This document shows, piece by piece, positions 1-9,292 of a stretch of 64,000 nt of DNA. The DNA is taken from NCBI GenBank assembly GCA_036513895.1, contig DATBYF010000048.1:754-64753 (forward strand), in the 5' to 3' direction. This stretch comes from Candidatus Acidiferrales bacterium. Lineage in GTDB: Bacteria > Acidobacteriota > Terriglobia > Acidiferrales > UBA7541. The position numbers and the translations under genes were made by a program. The notes below the pieces were generated by a model. That model was given only the letters and a program-made list of their open reading frames with translations, searched no databases and was not told where the DNA came from. The stretch's first letter is position 1, and each line of letters opens with the position of its first letter.

Positions 1-506
1 CGCTGCCCGATGCTGGTGGGATGCACGTAGGTCTCGTGCGACAAATCCATCAGATTGTCCACGAGCAACAGGTAATCGCATTTCATGTGGTAGGTACTAC
101 CTTCGAAAACCCACTTCGGGTCCGAGCACCAATGCAGATCCGGGATTTTATTTTCTGCCGCGAGCTTGGGATCGCCGATCCAGATCCACACGAAGCGGTG
201 CTTTTCAGCGATGGGATACGTTCGAACATTCATGTCTTTTCGCACGCCTTCTTGCCCCGGCATCCAGACGCATTGGCCGCATTCGTTGAATTCGAGACCG
301 TGATATTTGCATACGAGATGCTCGCCCTGCAGGTAGCCCATCGAAAGAGGCAGGAGGCGATGCGGACAGCAATCCTCGAAGGCGGAGATGGCACCGTTCA
401 TCTGACGATATAGCACGATGGGCTCACCGCAGACGGTGCGGGCGAACGGAGCGTGCTTGATTTCGGAGTCCCAGGCGACGGCGTACCAATTATCTTGAAG
501 GAACAT
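1..506 (-). CDS. Rieske [2Fe-2S] aromatic oxygenase/O-demethylase alpha subunit, VanA-like (5' part only; gene runs off the left edge)
   Basis: Absent from the ORF track because it has no in-window stop. Reverse-strand translation from ATG 506-504 reads MFLQDNWYAVAWDSEIKHAPFARTVCGEPIVLYRQMNGAISAFEDCCPHRLLPLSMGYLQGEHLVCKYHG... This gives a CxH-x16-CxxH Rieske motif and a VanA-type N-terminus. Track ORF 21..413 (+) is its antisense shadow. Confidence 0.8.
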   Translation of the reverse strand, partial: MFLQDNWYAVAWDSEIKHAPFARTVCGEPIVLYRQMNGAISAFEDCCPHRLLPLSMGYLQGEHLVCKYHGLEFNECGQCVWMPGQEGVRKDMNVRTYPIAEKHRFVWIWIGDPKLAAENKIPDLHWCSDPKWVFEGSTYHMKCDYLLLVDNLMDLSHETYVHPTSIGQ

Positions 507-532
507 TTGCGTTTCTCCCCGATCTAGCTTGT

Positions 533-545
533 TTCACAATGTGAA
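533..545. promoter_or_regulatory. Perfect palindrome TTCACA-A-TGTGAA in the divergent VanA-like/IclR intergenic region (candidate operator)
   Basis: Read directly: ttcacaatgtgaa has 6-bp perfect arms. It lies 27 nt upstream of the VanA-like ATG and is followed by a second tgtga. Confidence 0.3.
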
Positions 546-610
546 CTGTGATTTCATATTGACATTACGGGAATTCTATCTACAATGCGGCGGTCGTCAA
601 GCAAAAGTTC

Positions 611-1525
611 GTGCGCCCAGACTCTTGCCAAGCTTCAGGGGCCACGCATCCTCCGGCAGGCCGTTCGAGGGTAAACAAATTGCAATCGGCGTCACAATTG
701 CGTAAGAGACGGAACTTGCGCGGCGGCCGAGCGCCCGGATCGAGCAAGTCGCTGCAGAAGGCGCTGCGCATTCTCGTTCACCTCGGCCAGAACGGCCCGG
801 AGATGGGCATCACGCAAATCGCGACGGCTCTCAGCATCAACAAGACGACCACTCATCGTCTGCTGAATGCCATGGAGCGATTTCAAATTATCGAGAAGAA
901 TCCGCTCAGCGAGCGCTACCGCCTCGGGTTGAAGTTGCACGAGTTGGGAACCAGGGCGGTGGAATCGCGAACTTTGCGCAGCGAGGCACATGCCGCCCTG
1001 CTTGAGCTGGCGCGGGTCTCGCGCGAAAGTGTGAGCCTTGCCGTGCCGGGATCGGGCGGCATCATGTGCCTCGACCGCGTGGATTCGCGCGATACGGTGA
1101 TCGCGGTGCGCACGCCCGTCGGTGCTCGCTTCCCTGCCCATTGCACGGCCGTCGGAAAGGCTGTGCTAGCGCATCTGCCGGAATACGAAATCGAGATCAT
1201 TCTTGCGGCAGCCGGTGCGACGAAGGGATTGCCTCGGTTCACGGCATCCACGCTAACGCGCATCCCGGCTCTCAAGGAAAATTTGCGGCAGATCATTCAG
1301 CGCGGATATGCTCTTGACAATCAGGAGCTCGAACGCGGTCTAAGCGGCGTCGCGGCTCCGATTCGAACGAACGAAGGCCAAGTGATTGGCGCTGTGGGCA
1401 TGGCGGGGCCAACGCCACGCTTTCGCGGGAAAGAGCTGGCAAAAAAGATTGCATTGACGCGCGAAGCTGCAGAGCAGATTTCATCCAGCATGGCTCTGCA
1501 TCCCGCGGTGATTCGCGAAACCTGA
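611..1525 (+). CDS. IclR-family transcriptional regulator
   Basis: Track ORF. It has an N-terminal winged HTH (LQKALRILVHLGQNGPEMGITQIATALSINKTTTHRLLNAME) and a C-terminal IclR effector-domain pattern (GLSGVAAPI...GAVGMAGP). The first ~35 codons look non-native. An in-frame TTG at 716 is an alternative start. Confidence 0.85.
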   Translation: MRPDSCQASGATHPPAGRSRVNKLQSASQLRKRRNLRGGRAPGSSKSLQKALRILVHLGQNGPEMGITQIATALSINKTTTHRLLNAMERFQIIEKNPLSERYRLGLKLHELGTRAVESRTLRSEAHAALLELARVSRESVSLAVPGSGGIMCLDRVDSRDTVIAVRTPVGARFPAHCTAVGKAVLAHLPEYEIEIILAAAGATKGLPRFTASTLTRIPALKENLRQIIQRGYALDNQELERGLSGVAAPIRTNEGQVIGAVGMAGPTPRFRGKELAKKIALTREAAEQISSSMALHPAVIRET

Positions 1526-1569
1526 TCGCATAGTTTCTGTCTCTGCTACCTCTTGAGGAGGAAAAAGTT

Positions 1570-2670
1570 ATGGCGACAGCGCATAGAGCTGACCACATTG
1601 GAAGTTTTCTGCGACCGGCAGACTTGCTGGCGGGTCGCAAGGCTGACGGGCAGCATCCCGCGCGGATCCACGCGCTCGAGGACGAACATATTCTGCGCGT
1701 TCTCGCCAAGCAGAAGGAGCTTGGTTTCGACATTTTCACGGACGGTGAGCTACGACGGAGAAATTTCATGAGCGACTTCACCGACGCCGTCGAAGGATTT
1801 GACCTTGCGGACGCTGTAGGGCGCACCTGGAAAGCGGGACAAGCCAAGGACGCTGCGGTCAGCAGTGTGACAGGAATCGTCAGCCGCAAGCTGCGTCAGG
1901 TGCGGTCACTCACCGGACACGAGCTCCCATTTTTGAAGGCTCATGCACCGGGCGCAATCAAGATGACTCTGCCGAGCGCAACCCAGTTCCCCGCCATTTC
2001 GTACAAGCAAGGAATTACGGACAAAGCATATCCAACACATTCGGCACTCTTGTGGGACATCGTGGAAATTATGAAGAGCGATCTCGCCAAGCTTTCCGCC
2101 GAAGGCGTGCGCTACATTCAGATTGATGCGCCCCGATATAGCTACTACATGGATCCGAAATGGCGCGAGTGGATTCACACAGAAATGAAAATGGATCCGG
2201 ACGCAGCGCTCGACGAGGCGATCCGCGCCGACAATGCGTGTTTTGAGGCCGCGCGAAAGCCTGGCGTCACGCTTGCAATTCATCTTTGCCGTGGAAATAA
2301 CCGAAGCCACTGGTATGCGGAGGGAGGGTACGACGCGGTTGCAGAGAAACTCTTTGGCACCATGGAGGTCGACCGGTTTCTGCTCGAGTACGATGACGAG
2401 CGCTCCGGCACATTCGAGCCACTACGATTCATTCCCGAAGGAAAGACGGTCGTTTTGGGATTAATCAGCTCGAAGCAGTCGAAACTCGAGAGCGCGGATG
2501 TGCTCGTCGAGCGGATCAAAGAAGCGTCGCGATTCGTTCCGCTCGAGAACCTTGCGCTGAGCCCGCAGTGCGGATTTGCGTCGACGATGGAAGGAAACCT
2601 TCTCACGGAAGATGATCAGTGGGCCAAGCTGCGGCTCGTCGCGGAAACGTCGAAGCGCGTTTGGAATTAG
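1570..2670 (+). CDS. Stand-alone cobalamin-independent methionine-synthase-like (MetE catalytic-domain family) protein
   Basis: Track ORF, 366 aa. It has an HIGSFLRP N-terminus and HLCRGN / SPQCGF Zn-ligand-type motifs typical of the MetE C-terminal/UROD-fold methyltransferase family. Confidence 0.7.
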   Translation: MATAHRADHIGSFLRPADLLAGRKADGQHPARIHALEDEHILRVLAKQKELGFDIFTDGELRRRNFMSDFTDAVEGFDLADAVGRTWKAGQAKDAAVSSVTGIVSRKLRQVRSLTGHELPFLKAHAPGAIKMTLPSATQFPAISYKQGITDKAYPTHSALLWDIVEIMKSDLAKLSAEGVRYIQIDAPRYSYYMDPKWREWIHTEMKMDPDAALDEAIRADNACFEAARKPGVTLAIHLCRGNNRSHWYAEGGYDAVAEKLFGTMEVDRFLLEYDDERSGTFEPLRFIPEGKTVVLGLISSKQSKLESADVLVERIKEASRFVPLENLALSPQCGFASTMEGNLLTEDDQWAKLRLVAETSKRVWN

Positions 2671-2671
2671 C

Positions 2672-3064
2672 CTATGGCTGGGGCTTCTGGTCGGTTTCCG
2701 CCAGCACTTGTTCGGTAATGTGAAACGCGGAATTCGCCGCGGGAACGCCACAGTAGATCGCGGTTTGTAGCAGGACTTCTTTGATTTCGGCGCGCGTGAT
2801 TCCGTTTTTAAACGCGGCGTGCAGGTGCAGGGCCAGCTCGTCGCCGCGATTTAGCGCCACCATCAGCGCAACGGTTATTAAACTGCGCGTTTTCTGCGGC
2901 AAATCCGGCCGCGTCCAGATTTCTCCCCAGGCGTAACGCGTGATGAGGTCCTGAAATTCATCGTTGAATTCGTTGCGATTGGATTGCGCGCGGTCCACAT
3001 GGGCATCTCCCAAAACTTTGCGGCGCACGGACATTCCTTGATTGAAGCGGTCGTGCTCATCCAT
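2672..3064 (-). CDS. pcaC: 4-carboxymuconolactone decarboxylase
   Basis: Track ORF, 130 aa, carboxymuconolactone-decarboxylase (AhpD-like) family pattern (ITRYAWGEIWTRPDL...TRSLITVALMVAL...EVLLQTAIYCGVPAA). It is the last gene of the pca operon. Its stop lies 1 nt from the convergent MetE-like stop. Confidence 0.85.
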   Translation of the reverse strand: MDEHDRFNQGMSVRRKVLGDAHVDRAQSNRNEFNDEFQDLITRYAWGEIWTRPDLPQKTRSLITVALMVALNRGDELALHLHAAFKNGITRAEIKEVLLQTAIYCGVPAANSAFHITEQVLAETDQKPQP

Positions 3065-3082
3065 GGCCGTCCTCCTTAATGC

Positions 3083-3862
3083 TTACGCCGACAGGAAACG
3101 AATTAGTTCCGAGGTGAATTGCTCGGAGGCTTCGATGTTCGATATATGAGCTGCGTTCAGTTCGACGTAACGCGCTCCGGGAATTTTATCGGCAAGCCAA
3201 TGCCCATCTGCAGCGGGAGTCGCGGCATCCTGGTTGCCGGTGATAACCAGCGTCGGAACGCGAATTTGGCTGACGCGTTCGCGCGCGTCGAAATCCCTCA
3301 CCGCGGCGCAGCACGCGACGTAGCCTTCGGGCGGCATGCTCTCGATCATGCGCTGAGCGCCGGCGAAAATTTCAGACGAGCGTGCGCAAAACGCGGGTGT
3401 GAACCATCGTTCGCACACGGCAGCCGAGACGGCAGCCATCCCGCCCTTGCGAACATTTTCGATTCGCGCGTTCCATGCTTCTGCTTTGCCGATTTTCGCG
3501 GCCGTATTGCTTAAGACGAGTTTGTTCAGCCGCTTCTCGGCGTTGAGGCCGAGCCACATGCCGATCATTCCGCCCATGGACAGCCCGCAGAAATGCGCGC
3601 GCTCGATTCCCAAATGATCTATTAGCCGAAGAACGTCGCCTGCCAGCTGTTCGATCGTATAGGGTCCTGGCGTCACAGACGTATTGCCTTCGCCGCGCGT
3701 ATCGCAACGCAGCACACGGAATTGCTTTTCGATTTCAAGCATTTGCGGATCCCACATCGAAAGATTCGCGCCAAGCGAATTCGAAAAGACAATCGCCGGG
3801 CCATCGGCGCGGCCAGTCAGCGAGTAATTTACGTCGAGGTCTTGAATCCTTGCGGTGGGCAT
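3083..3862 (-). CDS. pcaD: 3-oxoadipate enol-lactonase (alpha/beta hydrolase)
   Basis: Track ORF 3083..3928 trimmed to ATG 3862 (MPTARIQDLDVNY...), 4 nt after the pcaB stop. It has the GLSMGG nucleophile elbow and sits between pcaB and pcaC. Confidence 0.85.
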   Translation of the reverse strand: MPTARIQDLDVNYSLTGRADGPAIVFSNSLGANLSMWDPQMLEIEKQFRVLRCDTRGEGNTSVTPGPYTIEQLAGDVLRLIDHLGIERAHFCGLSMGGMIGMWLGLNAEKRLNKLVLSNTAAKIGKAEAWNARIENVRKGGMAAVSAAVCERWFTPAFCARSSEIFAGAQRMIESMPPEGYVACCAAVRDFDARERVSQIRVPTLVITGNQDAATPAADGHWLADKIPGARYVELNAAHISNIEASEQFTSELIRFLSA

Positions 3863-3866
3863 GGGG

Positions 3867-5234
3867 TCACTCGTTGCTTCTGGATAATTTCGCATGACGC
3901 GCGGCATGAGCTTGCAGCACGCCGTCAATCAGACGGCTTGCCTCGCCGAGATACTCGCGCGGATCGAATAGCTTATCGAGTTCCTGATTGCTCAGGTGCT
4001 TGGTGACCGCGGCATCGTGAGCGAGCACCTCGCGCAAATCGCGATGCTCCGCCCGTGCGCGATTGCTCGCCGCCTCGACAATTTCGTGAGCGGTCTGGCG
4101 GCCAACGGCCTGTGCGAGCAACATTTGAGCCGCTTCCGCAAAGATTTGGCCATGCGTGATTTCAAGATTGTCGCGCATTTTCGAACCGTCAATCTCGAGT
4201 TCCATCATCACGGCGGCCAGATGATGTAACGCGCCGCCTGTGAGGCGAATGATTTCCGGAATCGCTTCCCATTCGGCGTGCCAGCCGCCAAGGCCGCGCT
4301 CGTGTTCCTGAACCATCGCAGCGAGAACGGACGCCACGAGGCCGGGGACGCGAGTCGCCGCGGAGAGAACCACGGCGCAGGCGACGGGATTTCGCTTGTG
4401 AGGCAACGTAGACGAGCCGCCACGGCCCGGCGCCGACGGCTCGAATACTTCGGCGACTTCGGTCTGCGTCTCGAGCGAAATATCGCGCGCAATTTTGCCG
4501 AGCGTTCCCGCGTAAAGCCCCATGAGCGTCGCGACTTCGGCGACACGATCGCGATGGCCGTGCCATGAAAGATTGGGAACCGGAAGATCGAGTTCGCGGC
4601 CAAGCGCGGCGGCCACATCCATGCCTCGATTCCCTAATGAAGCTAGTGTTCCGACTGCGCCTCCGAATTGCAGCACCAGAACTCGATGCCGAGTTTCCTC
4701 GAGCCGCGAGCGATGCCGATCTAACGCGTCCACCCATCCCGCCACTTTCAAGCCGAACGTGGTCGGAAGCGCCTGCTGCATCCATGTTCGTCCGGCGACG
4801 ACTGTGTTCCGATGCTTCTCCGCGATCTGAGCTGACGCGTCCGATAAGCGCTCAAGTTCGGCTTCGACGTGATCGAGCGCTTGGCGCAATTGCAAAATGA
4901 AGCCCGTATCAATGGCGTCCTGACTCGTCGCGCCCCAATGAACGAAGCGCATCGCTTCCTTGTCATCTTTGCCGACGAGTTCGGTGAGCTGCTTTACCAG
5001 AGGGATCGCAGGATTTCCGGCGAGAGCGGTGGCGCGAGCAAGTGCGTTAATGTCGAAGAGTTCTGCGCGGCACTTTGCGGAAATGATCGGCGCGACGCGG
5101 CCGGGAATAATTCCGACGCGAGCCTCAGCGCGAGCCAGAGCGGCCTCGAAATCCAAGATGCCTTGCAGGCGGGCGCGATCGTCGAACAGCTCCTCGATCG
5201 CACTCCAACGAAACAGCGGCCCGAGCAGGCTCAT
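3867..5234 (-). CDS. pcaB: 3-carboxy-cis,cis-muconate cycloisomerase (fumarate-lyase superfamily)
   Basis: Track ORF, 455 aa, with the GSSTLPHKRNP signature loop of the fumarase/aspartase superfamily. It lies in pca operon context. Confidence 0.9.
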   Translation of the reverse strand: MSLLGPLFRWSAIEELFDDRARLQGILDFEAALARAEARVGIIPGRVAPIISAKCRAELFDINALARATALAGNPAIPLVKQLTELVGKDDKEAMRFVHWGATSQDAIDTGFILQLRQALDHVEAELERLSDASAQIAEKHRNTVVAGRTWMQQALPTTFGLKVAGWVDALDRHRSRLEETRHRVLVLQFGGAVGTLASLGNRGMDVAAALGRELDLPVPNLSWHGHRDRVAEVATLMGLYAGTLGKIARDISLETQTEVAEVFEPSAPGRGGSSTLPHKRNPVACAVVLSAATRVPGLVASVLAAMVQEHERGLGGWHAEWEAIPEIIRLTGGALHHLAAVMMELEIDGSKMRDNLEITHGQIFAEAAQMLLAQAVGRQTAHEIVEAASNRARAEHRDLREVLAHDAAVTKHLSNQELDKLFDPREYLGEASRLIDGVLQAHAARHAKLSRSNE

Positions 5235-5253
5235 GCCGTTAGTCTTATCACTC

Positions 5254-5823
5254 TCAGCTATCGAAGAAAACCGTTTCTTCGTCGCCCTGCATGATCACGT
5301 TCCATTGAAGGGCGCCGGGCTGTCCGCCGGTTTTCTTCGCGATCAATGTTCCCCGGCGCGCCGGCTCGACCTGGCTCAATATGAAATCGTCGGCATTCGC
5401 GGCTTCATCGGGAAAGTAAATTCGTGTCACTAGACGGCGGAGCAAGCCGCGCGTAAAAACGGAAACGGCAATGTGCGGCGCCTGCATCTTGCCGTTTGGG
5501 CCGGGTACTGGCCCGGGTTTGATTGTGGTGAAGCTAAATTTTCCATTGTCATCCGTGAGCACGCGGCCGAAACCGAGGAACCCTTTCTCTACGGGCATGT
5601 CCTGCGTGTCGTCCGGATGCGCATATTTTCCGTACGCGTTTGCTTGCCATAGTTCGATCACGCCGTCGGGCACTGGTTTGCCATCGCCATCGAGCACGCG
5701 GCCTTCAATTGTCGCGCGCTCTCCGGATACTCCGGGCCCAGCCAAATTATCAACAACCATCCACTCAAATCCGATCACGAAAAATGGGCCTACAGTCTGC
5801 GATGTTGTGGCCTGAAGGCTCAT
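5254..5823 (-). CDS. pcaG: Protocatechuate 3,4-dioxygenase alpha subunit
   Basis: Track ORF 5254..5913 trimmed to ATG 5823 (MSLQATTSQTVGPFF...), which forms an ATGA overlap with the pcaH stop. It has an intradiol dioxygenase fold pattern and pairs with pcaH. Confidence 0.85.
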   Translation of the reverse strand: MSLQATTSQTVGPFFVIGFEWMVVDNLAGPGVSGERATIEGRVLDGDGKPVPDGVIELWQANAYGKYAHPDDTQDMPVEKGFLGFGRVLTDDNGKFSFTTIKPGPVPGPNGKMQAPHIAVSVFTRGLLRRLVTRIYFPDEAANADDFILSQVEPARRGTLIAKKTGGQPGALQWNVIMQGDEETVFFDS

Positions 5824-6593
5824 TTCCAATTCTCCATTGGCGTTCCTTCTCGTCCGCTGAGGATGATGTCGAAGCGATAGCCCAGCGCCTCCGCGGGAAC
5901 CGTCGTCTCCCAATCGAAGAGCGATATCAGGCGTTTTCGCGCCTTATCGTCCGCCGTGCAATTAAAAACGGGGTCGTACTCAAGAAGAGGATCGCCGGGA
6001 AAATACATTTGAGTAACCAAGCGCGTGGCAAAAGCCGGACCGAATACGGAGAAATGAATATGCGCGGGGCGCCACGCGTTGTAGTGATTGCTCCAAGGAT
6101 ACTCGCCCGGGCGAATGGTGATGAAGCGGTATCGGCCCTCCGAATCGGTAAAGGTCTGGCCGCGCCCGGTGAAATTCGGATCGAGCGGCGCGTTATGCTG
6201 ATCGCTTTTGTGGATGTAACGCCCGGCGGCGTTCGCCTGCCAGACTTCGATAAGTGTGTTCCGCACGGGCCGGCCGTTTTCATCCATTACACGACCCGTG
6301 ACAATAATCCGTTGGCCGAGTGGATCGCCAGCGTGCTGGTGGGTTAGATCGTACGCTTTCACATTCACAATATTTTTTTCAAATAGCGGGCCGGTGATTT
6401 CGGAAAGTGTGTGCGGGACATACACGAGAGGCTTACTCGGCGCGCGCTTGATACAGGATGCGTACGGCGTGTGCAAATGGTTCGGCTGAGTGCCCGGATG
6501 CGGACGGCGATAGCCTTGGATGTTGCCCGAGGCGACTTGTGGGCCCCCTGGCGGTACCAGATTGGACTTCGACGACGCGGTCATTCTGCTCAT
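5820..6593 (-). CDS. pcaH: Protocatechuate 3,4-dioxygenase beta subunit
   Basis: Track ORF, 257 aa, with intradiol dioxygenase motifs WQANAAGRYIH and RPAHIHFSV. It has an ATGA overlap with the pcaJ stop (6590-6593). Confidence 0.9.
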   Translation of the reverse strand: MSRMTASSKSNLVPPGGPQVASGNIQGYRRPHPGTQPNHLHTPYASCIKRAPSKPLVYVPHTLSEITGPLFEKNIVNVKAYDLTHQHAGDPLGQRIIVTGRVMDENGRPVRNTLIEVWQANAAGRYIHKSDQHNAPLDPNFTGRGQTFTDSEGRYRFITIRPGEYPWSNHYNAWRPAHIHFSVFGPAFATRLVTQMYFPGDPLLEYDPVFNCTADDKARKRLISLFDWETTVPAEALGYRFDIILSGREGTPMENWK

Positions 6594-7381
6594 TCTCCTC
6601 GATCGGCGGTTCCGTGAGCTGCCGCTGTGCGCGCGTACAAGTCTCGCAACGTTTTCAATTCAGGTACAGTTGGTTTAGATGTGACTTCGAGCTTGGCGGC
6701 CACCTTCAGTTTCCAGCCCGTGGCGCTTTGCACCTGCTCGAGTTCGATGCCCGGATGCAACGCTGTCAGCACAAGTTCGCGTGTGGCTGAGTCTGAATTC
6801 ATTACTCCCAGGTCGGTAATCACGGTTGTGGGGCCACGGCCGCGACGCGCGAACTGACTTTCATGATTAGGCTCGTCAACATATCCCGAAGAAGTTACAA
6901 AATCCAATTTTTCAACGAATGAGCGCGCGTCGTGCTTCAGAATAATCGTCACTTCCTTCGCCGCGGTCGCTATTTCGGGCGCTCCTCCCGCGCCGGGAAG
7001 CCGGACACGAGGAGCGTCGTACGTGCCTCCGATTACGGTCGTATTTATATTCCCAAATTTATCAATTTGGGCGGCGCCCAAAAAACCGATGTCCACCCGG
7101 CCCGCCTGCAGCCAGTATCGAAAGATCTCCGGAACCGAAACCACTGCGTCCGCGGTCTCCGCCAATTCTCCATCGCCGATCGAAAGCGGCAGAACGTGGG
7201 GTTTTGTTCCGATCGTTCCAGATTCATAGATCAGCACAACTGCAGGCGCGTGCGTGAGGCGGGCTAGATTTGCCGCGGCGCTCGGAAGACCAATTCCAAC
7301 GAAGCACACCGTGCCATTCTGAAGTTTGCGCGCCGCGGCGACCGTCATGATTTCGCTCGGCGAATACTCCAAGTCAGGCAT
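6590..7381 (-). CDS. pcaJ: 3-oxoadipate CoA-transferase subunit B
   Basis: Track ORF, 263 aa, family-I CoA-transferase B subunit pattern (GIGLPSAAANLA..., LIYESGTIG). It overlaps pcaI by 8 nt. Confidence 0.8.
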   Translation of the reverse strand: MPDLEYSPSEIMTVAAARKLQNGTVCFVGIGLPSAAANLARLTHAPAVVLIYESGTIGTKPHVLPLSIGDGELAETADAVVSVPEIFRYWLQAGRVDIGFLGAAQIDKFGNINTTVIGGTYDAPRVRLPGAGGAPEIATAAKEVTIILKHDARSFVEKLDFVTSSGYVDEPNHESQFARRGRGPTTVITDLGVMNSDSATRELVLTALHPGIELEQVQSATGWKLKVAAKLEVTSKPTVPELKTLRDLYARTAAAHGTADRGE

Positions 7382-8228
7382 TGCTATTCACTTTTACGCC
7401 GGATTCGATGCTGCGGCGGTATTCCGCGAAGTCGCTTGTCGATAGGATGTGGCGCTGCATCCAGGCGAGAAACATTTTTCGATCGCGCGAAATCTCGTCC
7501 CATGCTTTGTAAAATGCGTTGTCGCGTTTGTAATAACCATGCGCATAAGATGGGTGCGCTCCGCCCGGAACTTCGCACACACACGAAACCACCCACCCTG
7601 GTAACACGCAAGCGTTCACGTGTGCTTGAAGATCGTCAACGATTTCTTCGACGGTGACAATTACGCGCTTGGCCGCCAATGCCGCTTCCTTCTGTATGCC
7701 GATGATGCCGTCGATGAGGACATTCCCTTTTCGATCGGCCTTTTGCGCATGAATGATCGTCACGTCCGGATTGATCGCAGGAGTGGCGGTGAGTACTTCG
7801 CCCGTGAACGGGCATGCGATAGATTTAATTTTCTTATTATATTTCGGCAGATCGGAGCCGACATAACCGCGTGTTACCGCGAACGGCAGCCCAGACGCCC
7901 CGGCCTGATATCGCGCTGCCATATCGGCGTGGCTGTGCTCTTCGATCTGTAGAGGAATCGGCCATCCGCTCTCGATCGCTTCACGGAATCGGTGCAGCGA
8001 ACCCACTCCCGGATTTCCGCCCCAAGAGAAAATCAGCTTTGCGGCGCAGCCCATCCCGATCATTTGATCGTAGATGAGGTCCGGGGTCATGCGGATGAGC
8101 GTCAGATTGCGGCGGCGCTGCCGAATGAGCTCGTGACCTGCCGCGAAAGGAACGAGGTGCGTAAAGCCTTCGAGGGCCACGCTACTCCCATCGAAGACGT
8201 GGCTCGCGATTGCTTCCCGCAATGGCAT
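7374..8228 (-). CDS. pcaI: 3-oxoadipate CoA-transferase subunit A
   Basis: Track ORF 7374..8447 trimmed to ATG 8228 (MPLREAIASHVFDGSSVALEGF...), the usual N-terminus of CoA-transferase A subunits. The upstream 73 codons are Arg/Cys-rich and non-native looking. Confidence 0.8.
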   Translation of the reverse strand: MPLREAIASHVFDGSSVALEGFTHLVPFAAGHELIRQRRRNLTLIRMTPDLIYDQMIGMGCAAKLIFSWGGNPGVGSLHRFREAIESGWPIPLQIEEHSHADMAARYQAGASGLPFAVTRGYVGSDLPKYNKKIKSIACPFTGEVLTATPAINPDVTIIHAQKADRKGNVLIDGIIGIQKEAALAAKRVIVTVEEIVDDLQAHVNACVLPGWVVSCVCEVPGGAHPSYAHGYYKRDNAFYKAWDEISRDRKMFLAWMQRHILSTSDFAEYRRSIESGVKVNSNA

Positions 8229-8325
8229 GATAAAAGCCAAGGCAGTCTCCAACGTATCGGAAGCGCAATTCGAACAAAGCGGGACGAACGCGCCAGCGAA
8301 TCTAAGCAAGGGAAGAAAAGAAGTC

Positions 8326-8341
8326 AAGCCGATTATCGAAA
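8326..8341. promoter_or_regulatory. PcaR-operator-like motif in the pcaI/pcaR divergent intergenic region
   Basis: The + strand reads aagCCGATTATCGAAa. The bottom strand reads tTTCGATAATCGgct, an 11-nt contiguous match to the GTTCGATAATCGCAC PcaR box of Pseudomonas putida as I recall it. It contains the near-palindrome CGATTATCG. Confidence 0.35.
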
Positions 8342-8410
8342 ATGCGTGCGTATATCGCCTAGTTCGTGTATCCTTCCGCGCGTTCTGCCAGTTCCCTACC
8401 GGAGTTCTCG

Positions 8411-9286
8411 ATGCCTCGGCCCGAGAATCGGCCCGCCACCACTTCACTTAAGCAGCCCGCGAATTCTCCGGCAGCGACCCCCATCCCATCGCCAATCCTG
8501 ACACCTGCGGCGCAAGTGGACGCGCTCACGGGCGATCCAAATTTCATGACGTCATTGGCCCGCGGCCTCGTCGTCATTCAAGCTTTCTCCGAAAGAGACC
8601 GCCGCCAAACAATTTCGCAACTTAGCGTAAAGACTGGGTTGTCGCGTGCCGCCGTGCGGCGATGCGTGTACACATTGGTGAAGCTCGGTTTTGCCGGAAC
8701 TGACGACGGCCGCCATTTCCATCTACGTCCTAGAGTTCTGACGCTTGGCCACGCATACATCTCCTCGATGCCCCTTGCGTCCGCAGCACAGCCGGTGCTC
8801 GAGCATTTGAGCCACCTTCTTCACGAATCGAGTTCAATCGCAACGCTGGACGGCCTGGAAATTATTTACGTGGCACGCGCGAGCGCAACGCGAATCATGT
8901 CCATTGATCTGGGTGTTGGCAGCCGCTTGCCGGCATTTTGCACATCCATGGGCCGCGTTTTGCTCGCGAATCTGCCGGCCGAAGAACTCGAATCGTGTCT
9001 CGCGCGCATCGAGTACACGCCGCACACGGATCGCACTGTAAGTAGTGCAGAAAAGCTGCGGCAAGTACTCCGATCGGTTCAACGCAATGAATACGCGATC
9101 GTTGATCAGGAATTAGAACTTGGCCTGCGCTCGATGGCAGTGCCGATTCGAAATCCGATGGGCAAGGTGGTTGCGGCGCTCAACGTCGGCGCGCACGCGC
9201 AGCGCGTCTCGATTCAGGAGTTGCAGAATCGCTTTCTTCCCCATTTGCAGGCGGCGGCACAGGAGTTCTCGATGCTGCTTCGGTGA
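8411..9286 (+). CDS. pcaR: IclR-family pca regulon regulator (PcaR/PcaU-like)
   Basis: Track ORF 8366..9286 trimmed to ATG 8411, preceded by GGAG at 8401. It has DPNFMTSLARGLVVIQAF plus HTH ISQLSVKTGLSRAAVRRCVYTL, typical of the PcaR/PobR subgroup. It is divergent from pcaIJ. Confidence 0.8.
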   Translation: MPRPENRPATTSLKQPANSPAATPIPSPILTPAAQVDALTGDPNFMTSLARGLVVIQAFSERDRRQTISQLSVKTGLSRAAVRRCVYTLVKLGFAGTDDGRHFHLRPRVLTLGHAYISSMPLASAAQPVLEHLSHLLHESSSIATLDGLEIIYVARASATRIMSIDLGVGSRLPAFCTSMGRVLLANLPAEELESCLARIEYTPHTDRTVSSAEKLRQVLRSVQRNEYAIVDQELELGLRSMAVPIRNPMGKVVAALNVGAHAQRVSIQELQNRFLPHLQAAAQEFSMLLR

Positions 9287-9292
9287 CCGCGC

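Noticed and set aside
21-413. Track ORF (+, 130 aa) at the left edge
   Set aside because: It lies antisense to a much better-supported reading frame, the VanA-like Rieske protein with its CxH...CxxH motif on the minus strand. It has no recognisable motifs of its own.
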